Positions 13,196 through 25,999 are shown, numbered from the stretch's first letter. The stretch: DNA of 64,000 nt from Epiperipatus broadwayi (GCA_028023455.1 JAQFVV010000005.1:12214001-12278000), one strand, 5' to 3'. Notes: a model not told the origin generated them from the letters alone. A program made the numbers and translations.

Positions 13196-15788
13196 TTGTA
13201 AAACCTTTCTTTCCCAATGTGTGTACATTGTTCTGCCCATAAAATCTAATTGAACAGCATTATTATTAATATATTTTCATTACTACATCAAACCTTTTCA
13301 TTTTCCTTATTAAAAAGAAGTCCAATTCACTTCCCCTTGAATAACATTAAACTTTTACTTGATTGGAGAAGCTCCTTGCTAATGTTTATATGTCAAACTT
13401 ATCATGCTTTATACAAGATCAATCACATAATCATGAACAAATTAAATATATTGATCAAATCTTATTCAATCTACCATAGCGAAAATGACTACAAATATTT
13501 ACATGGCAACAGCTATTATATGTAGAGTTCTGTAAATAAAAATATAAATAAAACTATGGAAGTAAAATAATTTTATTAACCCTTCAAGTTTTACAAAATT
13601 ATTTTTAAAAATACAATAACTGATACATATCCATTTTACACATTATGTAATAAGATGAAATATACATGAAAACTTTAAGATAATTTAACTGTTAAAAAGG
13701 CATTATTGTAATATACTAAATTTAAAAATTAATACTCAAATTTTGCATACAGAGATGCCAATTTACAATACTATAATTTAACATGGTGCTGTTTTACAAA
13801 ACTTATAGATAAGATACAAATCTCAGTTAATTTGAAAAAATATTTAATTACATTATTAGTAAATATTTTAATAGAAATGAAACTGAGCATAGCTGAATTA
13901 AGTTTTATGGCATTTAAAAAAAGTAAAAAAAAATATTAAGCATGTAGTTAGTTGCTCAGATCATGTAATATTTTAGTACTGGTATTAAATTTAGCAATTC
14001 ACACTTTTCCAAACACTGTTTCTTTTTCTTATTACTCAGTTTTAAACCAATTCTGGAATTGTTAGTTTTGTATCTGCCACTCTATCAATGCACTCAATCA
14101 CACCCAGCAAAATATTTTTGAGACTCAAAGACCTGAACAATTGAAATTTAGTTTCTTATATTACAATGAATTTGTACTACAAATAAAATTAAAAGATTCT
14201 TTAGTGATTTAATATGTCATTAATATTTCACTTCTATTCTTTTTCATTATGACTACTAGCTGAAAAGAATTTTATAAAAACTATGATTGATTTCAAAACA
14301 GATCTCTGACCAACTTAAAATTGATGAGAGAAAATAAATTATCAATTCAGTAGTGGTTTTGTTTTCTATAATCAAGTATTGATCAACATTATCAATACAA
14401 AATAATATCATTGACACACTTAGATTATCTTTTTATGGCATTGTGTGTAAATCCAACATTGTAAAAGATATGTTCCATTGCAGACTTCAGTTAAAAATAA
14501 AGCAATCATAGTTTCATATTTTTTTCTTGCCTACATGCCATGATCTACTTTAAATCTTACTATAGACTAAGAAAAAAGAGCTCCAAACCATACTACAAGA
14601 AAGACTTTCCATATTTCTATTATCTAGAGCGCATGTTTAGTGCATAGCAGTCTCACAATTAAGTTTCATATCCTGGCAGATATAAACAATTACAAACTTC
14701 TCTCTAAATACTTTTGACCAATTTAACATCTCAATGAAGATTTAATTTCAATTATTGTTTTGAAAAGTACATCACAATTTGTTTTTCATGTAAAATTATA
14801 CATTTGTAATTTCAAAAATTTAAGTGAATAGAACATTATTGGTGTGTAATAACACATTAAGCAAACTGCAGAATCCAATGTGAGTTTACTATAATGTATT
14901 CAGTTTAATTTACATACACTGCTAATTATATGTTGACTAAGCATTTGATGAAAAGAGGGGAAAAAATTTTTTAAATGAGGGACTTGTAATAACAATGTCA
15001 TAAATACATAATCACAATTGATAACATAAAGTATGAGTGTTAACATATTTATTATTAACGGGTGATTTTCAAATCTTATGGCAATCATAATTATACAAAT
15101 GATTATAACATGTACATTCCTTCCCTACCCTACCAAAAAAAAAACTACAATATGTTATAACCTGCTTTTTGACAAAATGGGTGACAGTTGGATAGTTAAA
15201 AATTCAAATAAACTATTATCCTGGGAATCATTTGCAGTTGTGCTAAATGATCAGGATAGAATTACTATTGCATCATGTTTTAAGGATAATTTTCAAATTT
15301 AAAATTATTGTCTAAATTCATTCATGCCTTTATGATTTTTTATTTTATGTTTAACACAGATGACCATTCAACTTTTTGTAAGTTACTTTTTTAATTATTA
15401 AAATTCCTACAGTTAGCATAAAATCAAGATTATCAAACTGTATAGTTACTGATTTGGTATTACGTAACACAAGAAAATTTGTTTGGGTTGAAACTTAAGA
15501 GTTTTTTAAATAATATAAAAATTAAAGTCAGTTACTAGATGGATAAGTGCAATAGTTCTATCCATAAATCCTCAGTAATAAAGACAAAAGTAAAAAACTA
15601 TTTGAGGACTTAAATATAAAACACTATTCATTTAATATCCTTTGATTACTCAAGTTTACAATAGATGACTCTCAAGAAGAATGAAGACAACTAACTCCTT
15701 TTGGAAGCATAAGTTAAAAATAAGCTGAAAAAGTGATTTTTTTAACTATTTAGTTTAAATAGCAAACTATCTCAAATATGTTTTAAAC

Positions 15789-17591
15789 TTAAGTGAATCG
15801 TATGAGGATCTCAAGAGTGTCATGGTCAATAAAATGATTGGCTTCATGATTGTCTACTATATGTTTCTCTATATCTCTGTAATCACACAAACGACAATTA
15901 ACAATATCAGTACTATTGTGACAATTAGCTTGAGAACATTGTTTTTCACAGTTATCTAAATCTAACTCTAAAAGTGAGTTTTGAGAAACTTCATTATAAT
16001 CATTCAAGCTGCCATGGAAAGATATGACTCCTGTATGACACCTTTTATGTCTTTTTAAATTACTTTTTATACCAGTTTTGTAACTACATAAGTTGCATTG
16101 GAAAGGTTTCACTTTCATATGAATTAATTTGTGAACTGTCAAATTACTTTTTTGAACAGCCTTATAATCACATAAATTGCACTTAAAGGGTTTTTCTCCA
16201 GTATGACTTCGTTCGTGTATTTTTAAATGACTTTTCAAAATAGTTCTGTAATCACAAAAACTACACTGAAATGGTTTATCTTCTGTATGACTACTCTCAT
16301 GTGTTACTAAGGTGCTTCTTTGAGCAGCTTTGTAATCACATAAGCGGCACTGAAAAGGTTTTTCTCCTGTATGACTTCTTTCATGACGAATCACCCCACT
16401 TTTATATACTGCTTTATAATCACAAAAGTTACACTTGAAAAGTCTTTCTCCTGTAAGAGAATTTTCATCAGCTTTTAAATAATTTTCTGATGAAGTTCTC
16501 ACATCATGTAATATACTTGGGAAAGATTTTTCTGCATTATGATATCTTTCATGTATTTTTAAATGACTTTTTGACACAGTTCTATAATTACAGATACTGC
16601 ACTGGAAATGTTTAGTTTCAGTATGACTGTTTTCATGTGCTATTAGAATTTTTTTTTCACTAGATTTATAATCACATAAGCTGCACTGGAACAGTTTGTC
16701 TTCTGAATGTCTTATTTCATGACTTATTAAATCACTTTTGCACACAGCTTTGTAATCACAAAAGTTGCACTTCAAAAGTATTTCACCAATATGAGAGCTT
16801 TCATCCACTCTTAAGTGACTTTCTGCTAAAATTCTCAAATCACAAAATCTGCTTGGGAAAGATTTTTCTCCTGTATGAACACTATGATGCTTAATTAAAT
16901 TGCTTTTTTGTGTAGACTTGTAATCACAAAATTTACATTTGAAAGGTTTTTCTCCTGTATGGGTTATTTCATGCTTTTTTAAAGAACTTTTGGCAGCAGC
17001 CTTGTAATCACACAACTTACACTGGTAAGGTTTTTCTCCTGTATGACTTCTTTCATGGATAATTAAACCACTTTTATAAACTGTTTTGTAATCGCAAAAC
17101 TTGCACTTAAAAGGTTTTTCTCTAGCATGTGAATTTTCATGTATCTTCAAATAATATTTTGTAACAGTTCTAAAATCACAAATTCTACAAAGGAAATTTT
17201 TTTTTGTTGTAAGAATGCTTTCCTGTATTAATAAAACACTTTTTTGAGGAATTATGCAGTCATTTAAGACATGCTGTAAAGGTTTATCATGAATATGAGT
17301 TCTTTCCTGGTGCTTTAATTTATCTTTTGCATCAATCTCACAATCATATAAGCTGCAGTTGACAATTTCTCCTGTATGAGATTTTTTGTGTACTTTTAAA
17401 TTAATTTTTGTAATAGTCTGGTAATCACACAAGCTGCATTGAAAAACTTTTTCTTTTGCATTAACTGATTCATGAAATTTTAATTCATTTATATCAGAAA
17501 CATTAAAATCATACAATTGGTTCACAAATAATTTATCTTCTGTATTATATTTTTTAAACATTTTACTATATATTTTACTATGATATTCCAA
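15789..17591 (-). CDS. C2H2 zinc-finger protein: 13 canonical array fingers, several degenerate fingers and one terminal finger
   Basis: 600-codon ORF with repeated C-x2-C-x12-H-x3-H and HTGEKPF linkers; the called start is TTG (first ATG about 10 codons in), so a 5' exon may lie upstream. Confidence 0.93.
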   Translation of the reverse strand: MEYHSKIYSKMFKKYNTEDKLFVNQLYDFNVSDINELKFHESVNAKEKVFQCSLCDYQTITKINLKVHKKSHTGEIVNCSLYDCEIDAKDKLKHQERTHIHDKPLQHVLNDCIIPQKSVLLIQESILTTKKNFLCRICDFRTVTKYYLKIHENSHAREKPFKCKFCDYKTVYKSGLIIHERSHTGEKPYQCKLCDYKAAAKSSLKKHEITHTGEKPFKCKFCDYKSTQKSNLIKHHSVHTGEKSFPSRFCDLRILAESHLRVDESSHIGEILLKCNFCDYKAVCKSDLISHEIRHSEDKLFQCSLCDYKSSEKKILIAHENSHTETKHFQCSICNYRTVSKSHLKIHERYHNAEKSFPSILHDVRTSSENYLKADENSLTGERLFKCNFCDYKAVYKSGVIRHERSHTGEKPFQCRLCDYKAAQRSTLVTHESSHTEDKPFQCSFCDYRTILKSHLKIHERSHTGEKPFKCNLCDYKAVQKSNLTVHKLIHMKVKPFQCNLCSYKTGIKSNLKRHKRCHTGVISFHGSLNDYNEVSQNSLLELDLDNCEKQCSQANCHNSTDIVNCRLCDYRDIEKHIVDNHEANHFIDHDTLEILIRFT

Positions 17592-19529
17592 ATAAATTCT
17601 CTATATGAACTTGTTCTTGCAATAATAATTAAAGACTATATATAATAAATAAATTAGTCATATATTTTCCACTAATTAGCTGTTGCACTCAATAATCAAA
17701 TCGTTTTATTACTCAGGAACTCATAAGAAGTTTATTTCCTCAGGTACTGAGATAGTCTCAGTGAAATATTTTATATTTCAATGAATTTCAGTAAGAATTG
17801 ATTTTATATATGTGATCCTTTCTTATGGAATTCTACATACACTTTTTTATATTTATATACATAAGATTTGACTTCTGCAAACAGTTTTATGGACTTATCC
17901 TTTTACTGTAGGATAATTGTCGACAAATAGAAATTATTTTACAAATTAATATTTATTAATTAAAAATTGCCAGGAAAATGTCTTGGTATTTTCTCCTTTT
18001 TTAATATGGATTCCTTGATTAATTTATGCTAAAAATAAAATGTGAGAAAAATTAGTATCCATATGGACTAAAACCAATATTATTTCCATACAAAAATATT
18101 TTACATCTTTCTGTTTGAAAATAAGTTTGAAACAATTAGGCAATAGGATAGCATGATCTTGTAATAACATTTGTCCATTGTTTAAAATAGTTTGCCATAT
18201 TATGTCTACAATTTTCTAAATAAAAAAATCATAACTGAAAAAAAATTGCTTTATGATTAAGGATTCCAATTAACATGATACCTAAGACACAACAACAAAA
18301 AAAACATAACAATCTCTACAAAGTAAAAAAAAATTCGGAAAATACTAGCTGTATGAATTATTTTTAAAATATCTGGAAGCATTAATATATATTCCTTTCA
18401 ACAATATGTAAATAAAAAAATCATTTCATATTTCATGAAATGTATCTATTTTTCGATATTTAAAATAGACTGAGAAACTGCACCTTAGAACTTCTCATTT
18501 GAGAACATTTAAACACAACATGTCACAACCCTAGTTAATTATGCAAATTTGGGCATCTTCTTGCTAATACCCAGAAGACTTCTTTAAATTGAAAATGGCA
18601 ACTAGAACTGAATTGTATAAATTTCAGTATCCTTACCAATGTCAATGACTTTTTTAAACAACATTGATCCATCATAAGTTTTAATATCCATTTTCTAAAA
18701 GATTTCTTTTTACTCTAACGTGTGACCTCACTGTACGAAATCATTCTCCATACCATTTGTTTAATTACAATAATTTTATTGTTCAGTTATTAACAAAGCA
18801 TGGTGATATTCATTGTGTTCTAATTATAGTAATCAGTGAAGTCATTACTAGATAAGATGTGAAGTGATTAACTTTACATTGATAAATATTTTATTAGAGC
18901 AATGACCAATAATAAATTATAAATCATACTTTACACAAAGAATTATAAAAGTTGATAAATCCAAACTATATTCCATAGTGGAGTTGTGCAGCAGTCTTTG
19001 CTGTGAAATCATGTAGCTCACACACCGTTTATTTTTTCTCTAAAATTAAATTTGGTGTTTTTCAGATGTAATTTGTGGCCAGCCTAAACAAAAAAATATA
19101 TAAATAAATATATATGAACAATGGTTATAAAATAAAATTTTTAAAGTTGACATTTTTTCTGTATTATATTATTTTTTAAACAGAAAGCACTAGTAGTAAT
19201 ATAGCTGATTTTCTAAAATGAAAAAAATCTAATGTATTAAACAACCTCATTATATACATGGCAACCCTTGTGTTCTTGTTAAGAATCATGAATGCAGATA
19301 GAAATAAAATGATAAATTCTAACAATAACATCTTATGCTTCCAAGAGTAGTTATCTTAATTCTATTGCACAACTACTTACTGTAATTTTGAACATTTATA
19401 GAATAGGATGCAAATAACTGTTCTTGAAAGCATATGGGTACACATAGAAGATCATGTCATGTTATTGTTGATGTTATTATATTAATTTTCATAGATAAAG
19501 AGTTAAAGCTTCCAAATGTTATAGAATAG

Positions 19530-19666
19530 ATATAAGAGTTTAAGACGATATTTTAATTTCAATTTTTAATTTTTAAAGAAAGTTTTTAAATGCGAACTTT
19601 TTATTTTAACTTGTTTAATAATATATATAAAAAAAAACAATGTAACGAACGTCTGTGCTCGTTACA
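19530..19666 (+). repeat. 137-bp direct repeat, left copy, ending in hairpin TGTAACGA-N10-TCGTTACA
   Basis: No difference found by eye against 22539-22675; the terminal hairpin resembles a Helitron 3' end. Confidence 0.95.
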
Positions 19667-22538
19667 TATCAGTAAAGTTACTTAAAAAAAAAATGATCAA
19701 AAAAAAAAAATATTTTACTTAGGGTTAGTAATTACGGTATTAACAAAATTTACAAACATTCAGTTACTAATTTTACAAAAAACTATATACAAAAAGAAAA
19801 AGAAAATGCTGACCATCGCCTACCTAAGGACCATTTACGTTAACACCCCTCCCCCCGAGAATTCTATTTTATTTTATCCATTTGATTTCTACTTACGGCA
19901 TGACAAACAAATTATTTAACTTATTTAGGAAGGTTGCATTGAGATAAATATGTTCCAAGATAATGGATTTATACGTGTATATTTGCAGCACAATTATAAC
20001 TACCACCAACTTATTTATGACTGATTGAAATGCATAAATAGGATTACACTGACGTAAATTCCCAACGGTACTCATCGTAAGGTACCACATTTCGATCATA
20101 AACTTCCGTGGCTGTGCGCCTATACACGTTAACGCATAAATATATGTTAACAAAAAAAAGACATATCCAATGCAACCTTTTGATTTTCTTTTTAATTTAC
20201 AAAAATTAGTTTTAAAATTATTTATACTTTCTTTTATTTAATATATATGCGCAATTTCTTGCTGGCAGTGCTTTTATAAAATTTAAAAATATCCGACTTA
20301 TGTAAGCAGATAAAACATTCATTTTGATAAAATTTGCTCAGGGTATTTGTGGTTTATTAAAGATCGGAAATTTCAGCATTAATTCCCCTTCTCAGGGTCA
20401 ATCTCTGAGGTAAGGCCACACTTGGGACGCCAATTATAACGATCCAAACGAAGTGGTAGATCGCATCGCACCGCACCGCACTACCAAAGGGCGCCATCTA
20501 GGCATTTGAGCCTAGAAAAATTTATAGAGTAGGCAGATACGCGCTGTTAGGATTCCACTTTATTTACATATTTAGATCGTTAGCCCATTGTCACTAGCTC
20601 AGTGGAATAGCAGAGATTTAATAATATCATTTACTAGTATATAAAAGAATAAAGTAAGCCACTGCCAGTAATTATCATACAAACAGATTTATTTATGCAC
20701 ATATATATAAGGTTTAAAATTATTTTAGTGATTTACATTTAAACATTTAACATTATTTTTAACTTTGATTTTACTTTAATTTACATTGAGTTACTATTAT
20801 ATTATAAATTTACATTTTTAATCAAGTTCGCACAGATGGGCTTATAAACCTGTTTAATATGTTGCTATAGATCGGTTACATAGATTTCAACGGTCAAAAA
20901 CATTTCAAAGTAAACATAAACGATCAAAATACAAAATTATTGATTACTGACAATTGCATAGGGAATTATAAGAAACCCTCTAGTATTCATCGTAAGATAC
21001 TTGCATCGTCACCAATAACTTAAAAGACATCCGAATAAATACATTTTTAGATACTCACCGTAAGGTATCATTATTTATCGAATGTCTATATATTTTGATC
21101 AAATATGAAACGCAAAACATAGTTAACCGATAAACAATCCATGCAAGCGTCTATAAACAACTTAAATTTAATAGTTTTATTTAGGATCGAGCCTGAATCG
21201 ACTACATAGATTTGCATTTAAAAATAAAATATTCTATCCCTACTTAACCTTAGGCAACACATTTCGCAATCAACTGGCGCCAATCCATCTGATACATTCA
21301 TGTATTCAATGTAGCATGATACGACAACACAACAATATTGTCAGGGATGTACATCTGAACAATATGTAGAAATAGAACCGACATTGACTCTCCACCCACA
21401 GGGATGTGACATCTGTGGGCAAGTAGATCAATAAACTAAAAACTCCATAGGAATGGGCTGCGGTATTCTGCCGACTTACAAACCCATCCATAGGCAAACA
21501 GAGGGTGTGTGGCGTATATCTATAATCCTGCCCGTAGCGGATCTCATATTACACCTACTAATTACATAAATATATCCAATCCATTGAACCAATTCAACTA
21601 CGAAATGAACAACCCAAGATTACCCTCCCTTAATATATCTTTACAAATCGATACAGCCATTCACGCCCGACTTAAGTTTAACATTTTTATAATTAATTTA
21701 ACGGAAACAACAATCATAATAAAACTTAAAGAACAAAAAATAAATAAATGGAAATGATTTTACAAAATAAATAAGAAAAAAAATACATCAAATAACATTA
21801 TTAATTTAGTTTGGTCAGATAGGAAACTAATGCAATTATTTTAAATACGAAAAGTTTTTAACTTAATGTTCATTAATTGTAAAGTTCTTACGGTTTTAAA
21901 CAGTTCATCTTTATCTGTCGTTTGTAAGTTTGAACGGGAATTCCCACGCCGTCCTGAAGATATTGGTATACATTTAGCCGATGTTTTATTTATTCATTCG
22001 GAGGTTTTTTAATTTGGTTGGTCCTCAATGTAGGAAACGATAGTTCATTTCTCCCTTCTTTAACAGCTGAAAGAATTGACCGTGCGTCTGTCAATTCCTC
22101 CAACTCCGGACTACTACATATAGTCACATCGTAATAATCAATTTCCAGTCACTCACTACCTATGCTTTCCAAAACTTGTCCTTTTTATATTTTTGTCAAA
22201 GGATTGAATTAACATTGCGTCATGGATGTAATGATCCTTTCGCTGAGGTCCGATTTCCCAAATGGATTTCTTTCATTGGCTAATCCGTTTCTATTGTTTT
22301 CTTTCTATCTGACTGAAGTTATTTCATTTAAATGCTCAAGGCTGGTTTACATTTAACTAATTAACAATCATTTCCATTTCTAATTAATTACCCTGTTTTC
22401 CAAATCAAAAATATATTTAAAGACAGATTTAGAGATATAATTTTATCTCCAAATCTTTTTAAAATTTAGTTTTAAAAATACCTTTTTCTTTAATAAAAAT
22501 TTTATTTTAATAATTTTTTATTATCTGTGCGACTTAAT
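19667..22538. other. CpG-retaining cassette with decayed ORFs between the direct repeats
   Basis: CpG far more frequent than in the flanks; GC-richer modules alternate with AT-rich spacers; disrupted ORFs on both strands. Confidence 0.5.
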
Positions 22539-22675
22539 ATATAAGAGTTTAAGACGATATTTTAATTTCAATTTTTAATTTTTAAAGAAAGTTTTTAAAT
22601 GCGAACTTTTTATTTTAACTTGTTTAATAATATATATAAAAAAAAACAATGTAACGAACGTCTGTGCTCGTTACA
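22539..22675 (+). repeat. 137-bp direct repeat, right copy
   Basis: Identical by eye to 19530-19666; followed by CTAT. Confidence 0.95.
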
Positions 22676-22689
22676 CTATCAAATGTTTT

Positions 22690-23830
22690 TTTTTTTTCCA
22701 AATCCATAAAACATGTACGAATTCCTTTAACTTTTTCAATATATCTATCTACAGTTGTTCTAACAATACCAATAGCTTCTCATGTACTTTTCCTTCTCTG
22801 AAAACCAAACTATTCTTTATTATATTCTATCTTTCTATAAATTCTTTGAGTTAAAATTGTCCTTTATTCTTTACATTTAACTGCTTTCTTAGTAATTGGA
22901 ATCATTATAGTCCTCAAGAAATCTTTAGATCACACTCTACTATTATATATCAAATTGTATAGACCAATTATTTCCTTTGTAATAATTTCTCCTATTTCTT
23001 TCAAAAATTCTAGGTATTGTATCAAATTAGAGATTTACCATTTTTAATAATTTTATTTCATCTATCAATACATTCATATCTTTATAATCTACTTTCAAAT
23101 TCATAATTAATTGCATCATATCTTTTCAACATATCATTATTAGATCAGTTAATGTCTTTTTAGTCTTATCAACTCTCATTTGTTAACCATTTCTAATTCT
23201 ATTAAATACCAGATCTTTTCAACTGATGAAGTACTTCTATCTCTCTACATTCTTGCTCCAATCATTTTTCTTTAATGTGTCTCTCCTTAGTTCATTATCA
23301 GTTTTTCTATATATTATTTGCTCTTCTTTGGTATTAACATTCTTCCATCTTCTCTGTACTTCCACCTTGCAACTACAAATTTAGTTTCCTTACAATACCT
23401 CTTTCATTTTTTTTTTCCAATATCATAATTCCCAATAATTTTTCCTTCCTTACCTTTCCCCACAACAGCATTCCAATCATCCAATAGCAATATACACACA
23501 TTTTAACCCTCATGTTGATGAATTTCATTTTTTCATATTGCTCATTAATTTCAACATCATGATTGGTAATTGGAATAAAACTTGTATGAATATCAAATCC
23601 TAGGTATTGCAGTTATTCTGGTCATCATAAGTCTATCATCAATACAATCGATCTTTGTCACACTATTCAAAATTTTCTTTCTAATAGCAATACCAACTCC
23701 ATTTACCCACTCTATCATCACCAGAATAAAATAACATAACATCCCCACTATTTACTTTTCATTATCCTCTCACTTCACTTAATCCTATAACATCCAACAT
23801 TATTTTTCATTTCTCTTTTCAAATTTCCCA
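22690..23830 (-). mobile_element. Decayed APE endonuclease region of an RTE-like LINE
   Basis: Minus-strand motifs LKREM..LDVIGLSEVR, NGVGIAIRK, DRLMMTRI, DDWNAVVGKG, QFD; many disruptions. Confidence 0.75.
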
Positions 23831-25004
23831 GAATTTGCCGCAAATAATTTTTTTTTATTTTAAATATAATATAAAGTAAGCTAATGATAACAAAAAATAT
23901 ATATTATAGTAGTATATTAATTTTACATAATAAAATTACTGATTATATCAAATTATACGCTTATATAGATTATTGATATATTATAACTTTTTTCCTTTTT
24001 TAATATATTCTTTAATTTGATTTTTTTAAATTTCCCTATAATGTTTAAGTTTTTTAATTTAATAAGAAAATTCTTAAATAATTTACCAGCAATGACTTGA
24101 TCATTCTTGTGAATCTGTTTTTTTTAAAGAAATATTTCAAATTATTTTTAAAAAAGTTTTTTGAAAGTTTTATATATATATATAAAATTATAGATTGAAA
24201 TAGCTTATCAAATAATAAAATATTATATTTATGGCTAATTCTTTATTTATATATATAATTTTCTTGTATTAAATTCATTACTCTTTTTGAAAGAAATGTT
24301 AGTCTTTTAATATTAGAATACTTGCATGACCATAAACTGTTATTTCACATCTTAATAAAAATTCACACAAAACAGTAACAAGAACACTCAAAGAGAAAAC
24401 ATCATTGATTTTGATATAAAATATTTAAATGTATTAATTAGAATATTAGTATGATATTTCCAAAACATTTGATATCTGTTTCCTAGTTTAATTTTATATA
24501 ATTACTATCAATACATATTTTATTAATGTTAAATAAGTAATCAACAAATTTAAATGTTTATTAATACTTTTATATTTCATAAGAAAAGGACATATTAATA
24601 TATTTTGTTTTTCCTTCATTTACATAAATTTCTTTGCTAAAGTATCAATGGACAATTTTGTTAAAGCTTTCTTGACAATTGCTTTCTATAATATCAAAAT
24701 TAATATTCACACTCATGATTACAGCGCCATCTGCATATTGAAAAAGTAATCTTTTAATATTAATATTTCCTATGTCATTTATAAAAACAAGAAAAATAAC
24801 ACTGCACTACATGTAGAATCCTGATGATCTCCATATACATTTTATTTAATACATTCAATATTTTAGTTACATCATATTTGTTATTTAAATAATTTTTCTA
24901 ATAAGTTGAGTGATTTGCTTCTTATTCCACAATTTTCTAAACTATGAATTAATTGTTCATGTTCAGTGACATCAAAAATCTTATGAAAATATAAAAAAAA
25001 TATT

Positions 25005-25111
25005 ACTCAGGAGTTCCTAAAAAATTCAAATGTCAAAAGTATTAATACTGGAACTAATCTAAGGAACTTAAACCTCTAGTATCTGACATTCCACCACTGC
25101 ATTAAACTACA
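25005..25111 (-). mobile_element. Second tRNA-derived SINE family, degenerate copy
   Basis: Minus strand GTGTAGTTTAATGCAGTGGTGGAA... matches the 25.9-kb copy. Confidence 0.5.
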
Positions 25112-25879
25112 CAAGACTTTTATCATTTAATGCATTGTTGATTTTACCTGCAAAGTCCTCCATTGACCTAATAATCTTCTTGACTATAAAAATGACTTGG
25201 AGTTAATAATATGCTTAACAATGAAACAAACTTCTTTTATTTCTAGTTATAGAATTTAAATGTTAATCAAACTTTTAATATGATTTGAGTGCAAATTTTT
25301 TTATAGTTATGATTCTATTTTCATTTTTCAAAATGTACGGGGAGTTCACTGATCAAAGATAGGTAAAGTACCTAGGCAACAGAATATTATGATCAAGTAA
25401 CAATATCTGATTAGTGCTGATGATAGTTTACCATTGTTTTCTATTCTATTATTACAATTTATTTTAATATCTCAATTTTTGAATCACAGCACATGCTTTG
25501 ATAAACTCTTACCTTATTTTGATGCAAAGAATCACCAGAGAATTTCAGTTTCAAATATTCTTAACTTTAGTAAAATTCTTTCTAATATTTTAAATTAAAA
25601 ACACAATAACAAGACTTAAAAATTTAAATAGATTTTAAGCTTCAAGCGCCACCAAGTAACTTATTTGCAACTTATTTCTCCATTAACTGGAATTTTTCAT
25701 GGCGAACTATACATAGGCTCAACACTAATCAGAATTTTTATAAACTTATTAATGACACAAGACTTCAGGTTGTTTTTTTTTTAAATTCAAATTCATTTTA
25801 AATCCTTCTCTGTTCTCCTATAATCAAATTTTATGATTCTATAATAGCAAATAAGAAAATAATTGAATGGCTTTACTGC

Positions 25880-25985
25880 TCAAGAGTTCATAGGGAGTTC
25901 ATGAGCTGGAAGTATCAGGACTGGAATCAATCTGAGGATGTTGCACTCCAGAGTCTAGCCCTCTACCAACTGCACTAAACTACAC
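25880..25985 (-). mobile_element. Second tRNA-derived SINE family copy
   Basis: Minus strand GTGTAGTTTAGTGCAGTTGGTAGAGGGCTAGACTCTGGAG...TCAGATTGATTCC, with A-box- and B-box-like segments. Confidence 0.55.
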
Positions 25986-25999
25986 AGGAATAAATTAAT

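Noticed and set aside
19930-20180. MITE defined by the 12-bp inverted repeat AAGGTTGCATTG
   Set aside because: No TSD, and the paralogous module at 20830-21150 lacks a clean inverted repeat.
20381-20420. Spliced-leader RNA gene (hairpin containing GAG|GTAAGG)
   Set aside because: No Sm-binding site downstream and no tandem copies.
20981-20990. CRESS-virus origin nonanucleotide (TAGTATTCAT resembles TAGTATTAC)
   Set aside because: Not an exact match, it lies in the stem rather than the loop, and no Rep motifs were found.
19530-22675. Canonical LTR retrotransposon or TRIM
   Set aside because: The minus strand starts TGTAAC, but there is no CA end, TSD, PBS or polypurine tract.
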